A program made the translations under genes and the position numbers. 64,000 nt of DNA from Tubiluchus corallicola (lineage: Eukaryota > Animalia > Priapulida). The stretch's first letter is position 1. Every line of letters starts with the position of its first letter. Positions 62,201 through 64,000 of the stretch are shown here, piece after piece. Location of the stretch: assembly GCA_030141605.1 (NCBI GenBank), contig JAQGDQ010000074.1:1-64000 (forward strand), in the 5' to 3' direction. Under the pieces are notes generated by a model that was not told where the DNA came from, searched no databases, and saw only the letters and a list, made by a program, of their open reading frames with translations.

Positions 62201-63978
62201 AAAGACGATTCTCGTTTTATCTGGTTTGTTTATATTTCTGACTGCAAAATGGGGCAAATACCATATCTTTCCAGGTCTTCCATTAACACCTTTGGCATTT
62301 ATTTCCTCAGCATAACCCTTATTCAGCATATTTGAGATTTCTGCAGTATACTTCTCTAGCAATGCATTGTCCCTTTGTAACTTGTTCTTGAGCCCCTGCA
62401 GCATAGACTGTACCACAGGTAAATTGTTTGGAAGCTCAGGATTCTCACTTCGGAATGGTATGGGCAATTGATAGTGATTATCCTCAGTTAGGGTTACTGA
62501 ATCCTCCCACAATTTGATCACCTTGACATCTTCTTTGGAATAATGATTTTCGTCTTCACACATTTCCATCTGCCAAAACTGGGCGACAATGCTGTCAAGA
62601 TCTGCAGTGGCTTGGACATAGTTACTGATGATTGCTTTGCTGCTTGTGTACCCTATTGGCCCATTAAGAGCCCACCCTAGTATAGTCCTGGATGCCCAAG
62701 GAGCTCCTCGTGGCCCTGTTCTGACCTCTAATGGAATCATCACGATAGGCACATCCTGACCAATCAAAAGCCCCACTTCAGGTTCTCCCAAACCGCCAGA
62801 GGTCAATGGTATGTCCTGCATGTGTGGCCATTTTTTAGGTCTTTCAATTCTGGCAGAGTTTCTCCCTTTAATCTTGACGAAGGTCTGGTGTACACTTCAG
62901 GAAGCGTTATGAATTCATCTTTTTCCATGCTCATCACTTGCAAACTCACCACCTTGGCTGTAAATTCGCTATTTTCCCTTTCCAAAGTAGTCAGTGATAA
63001 GGCAACATCCTTTCCATCTACGCCCAATTTAGCGGCTAGCTCCTCAGTGTAAAATGTATTTGTGCTACCTGAATCCAAGAAAGCCAGAGTCTCGAGTGGC
63101 ATTCTTTGTTTTTGAGATTGTACAAGAACCTTTACAACGGGTAAAATAATCTTTTTGCGCATTGTATATCTTTCAACATAACCATTTTGGACAGAACACT
63201 TGCTGCTAGCTTCTCTCATATTGCTATCTTCATCATCCTGCCTGCCTTGCTTAAATTTACTCAGGTGTAAGAAAGTGGAATGGCTTCTTTGACAGACATT
63301 GCATCTTTTGCTCATACGACACTCATAGCTGCTATGATTGGGCTTTAAACATTTAAAGCAAAGTCTCTTCTCTCTGGCTAGCTCCAGTCTTTCTTCAGGC
63401 TTCATGGCATTAAAGTCTGCACATTCAGTTATAAAGTGTTCACCAGTGCAAATGCTACACGTAGATCTCTTCGATTCGCCTGCTATTTTAGACAAAAAAC
63501 TTGTTTGGCAACTTGCTTTAGCATCCTTTCTTGTTGTGAGTTTCTGGGTTTCCTTTCTTTTTCGGTCGATATATCCTAAATTCCCCAAAACTGGATCATT
63601 TGCCTGTAAAGCTGCTGTTTCCACAAAATGAACTACATCATCAATCGTTGGACTCCTTTCTTGGCTCATTCTAATTTTATATGCCTCTGTCTTCCACCTT
63701 GTTTGGAGATAAATTGGGAGTTTCTCAAGTATACACAAAAGATTTGTTTGGTTATTTATTTCTTCTCTTTTGTCAATACTGGCCAGTATTCCTTGAGCCA
63801 TTCTCAAGTCATCTGCAAAATGCATTAATTCTTCTCGGCCCTTAACAGCCTTCGTTTCTCTAATCTGTGTTAGCCAAGATTCAACTATGTTGTAAGAATT
63901 CCCAAACCGCTCATAAAGCATCTTCTTCGCCTTTGCGTAGGCCTCATTAGGAGGCATGAGCAAGCAGCTTTCCACCAC
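59283..63978 (-). pseudogene. BEL element 2 gag-pol polyprotein broken by three frameshifts
   Basis: ORFs 62803-63978, 60839-62821, 59593-60933 and 59283-59618 are consecutive pieces. The breaks are a missing A in a run at 62831-62836 and short deletions near 60920 and 59620, judged against element 1. Confidence 0.92.
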
Positions 63979-64000
63979 CTTTCTTGCTCTTCCTGTACAA

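Larger units (their letters stand above)
58798..64000 (-). mobile_element. Second BEL/Pao LTR retrotransposon; 5' part lies beyond the window
   Basis: Gag Cys boxes, PR FLDSGS, RT FYVDD, RH LHHFSDASE, IN, PPT and LTR. Clearly homologous to element 1 at protein level, but the LTR sequence is unrelated. Confidence 0.96.

Overview
AT-rich eukaryotic (invertebrate animal) DNA with two host genes, both on the minus strand, and many transposons. The genes are an intronless class III POU gene (POU3/Brn/vvl-like, 4473-5678) and an 8-exon nucleoporin NUP43 gene (41900-57736, 349 aa after manual splicing with all GT-AG junctions in phase). NUP43 intron 1 holds a young full-length BEL/Pao LTR retrotransposon (50265-57458; 390-bp LTRs differing at 2 positions; GTTGA TSD). 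That element has several odd features: an N-terminal SAP motif on Gag, no recognisable tRNA primer-binding site, hairpins at the LTR start, and an exact 8-bp duplication that breaks the polyprotein. A second, frameshifted BEL element ends about 1 kb upstream of the NUP43 ATG and runs off the window. The intergenic DNA and NUP43 introns carry decayed Gypsy (including Gmr1-like and Mag-like), BEL and LINE pieces, an inverted Harbinger pair, hAT and mariner non-autonomous elements, an old tandem array and a recurrent 25-bp palindrome. There are no CRISPR arrays, rRNA or intact tRNA genes. All calls were made by eye; no database searches were run, so novelty claims are untested.
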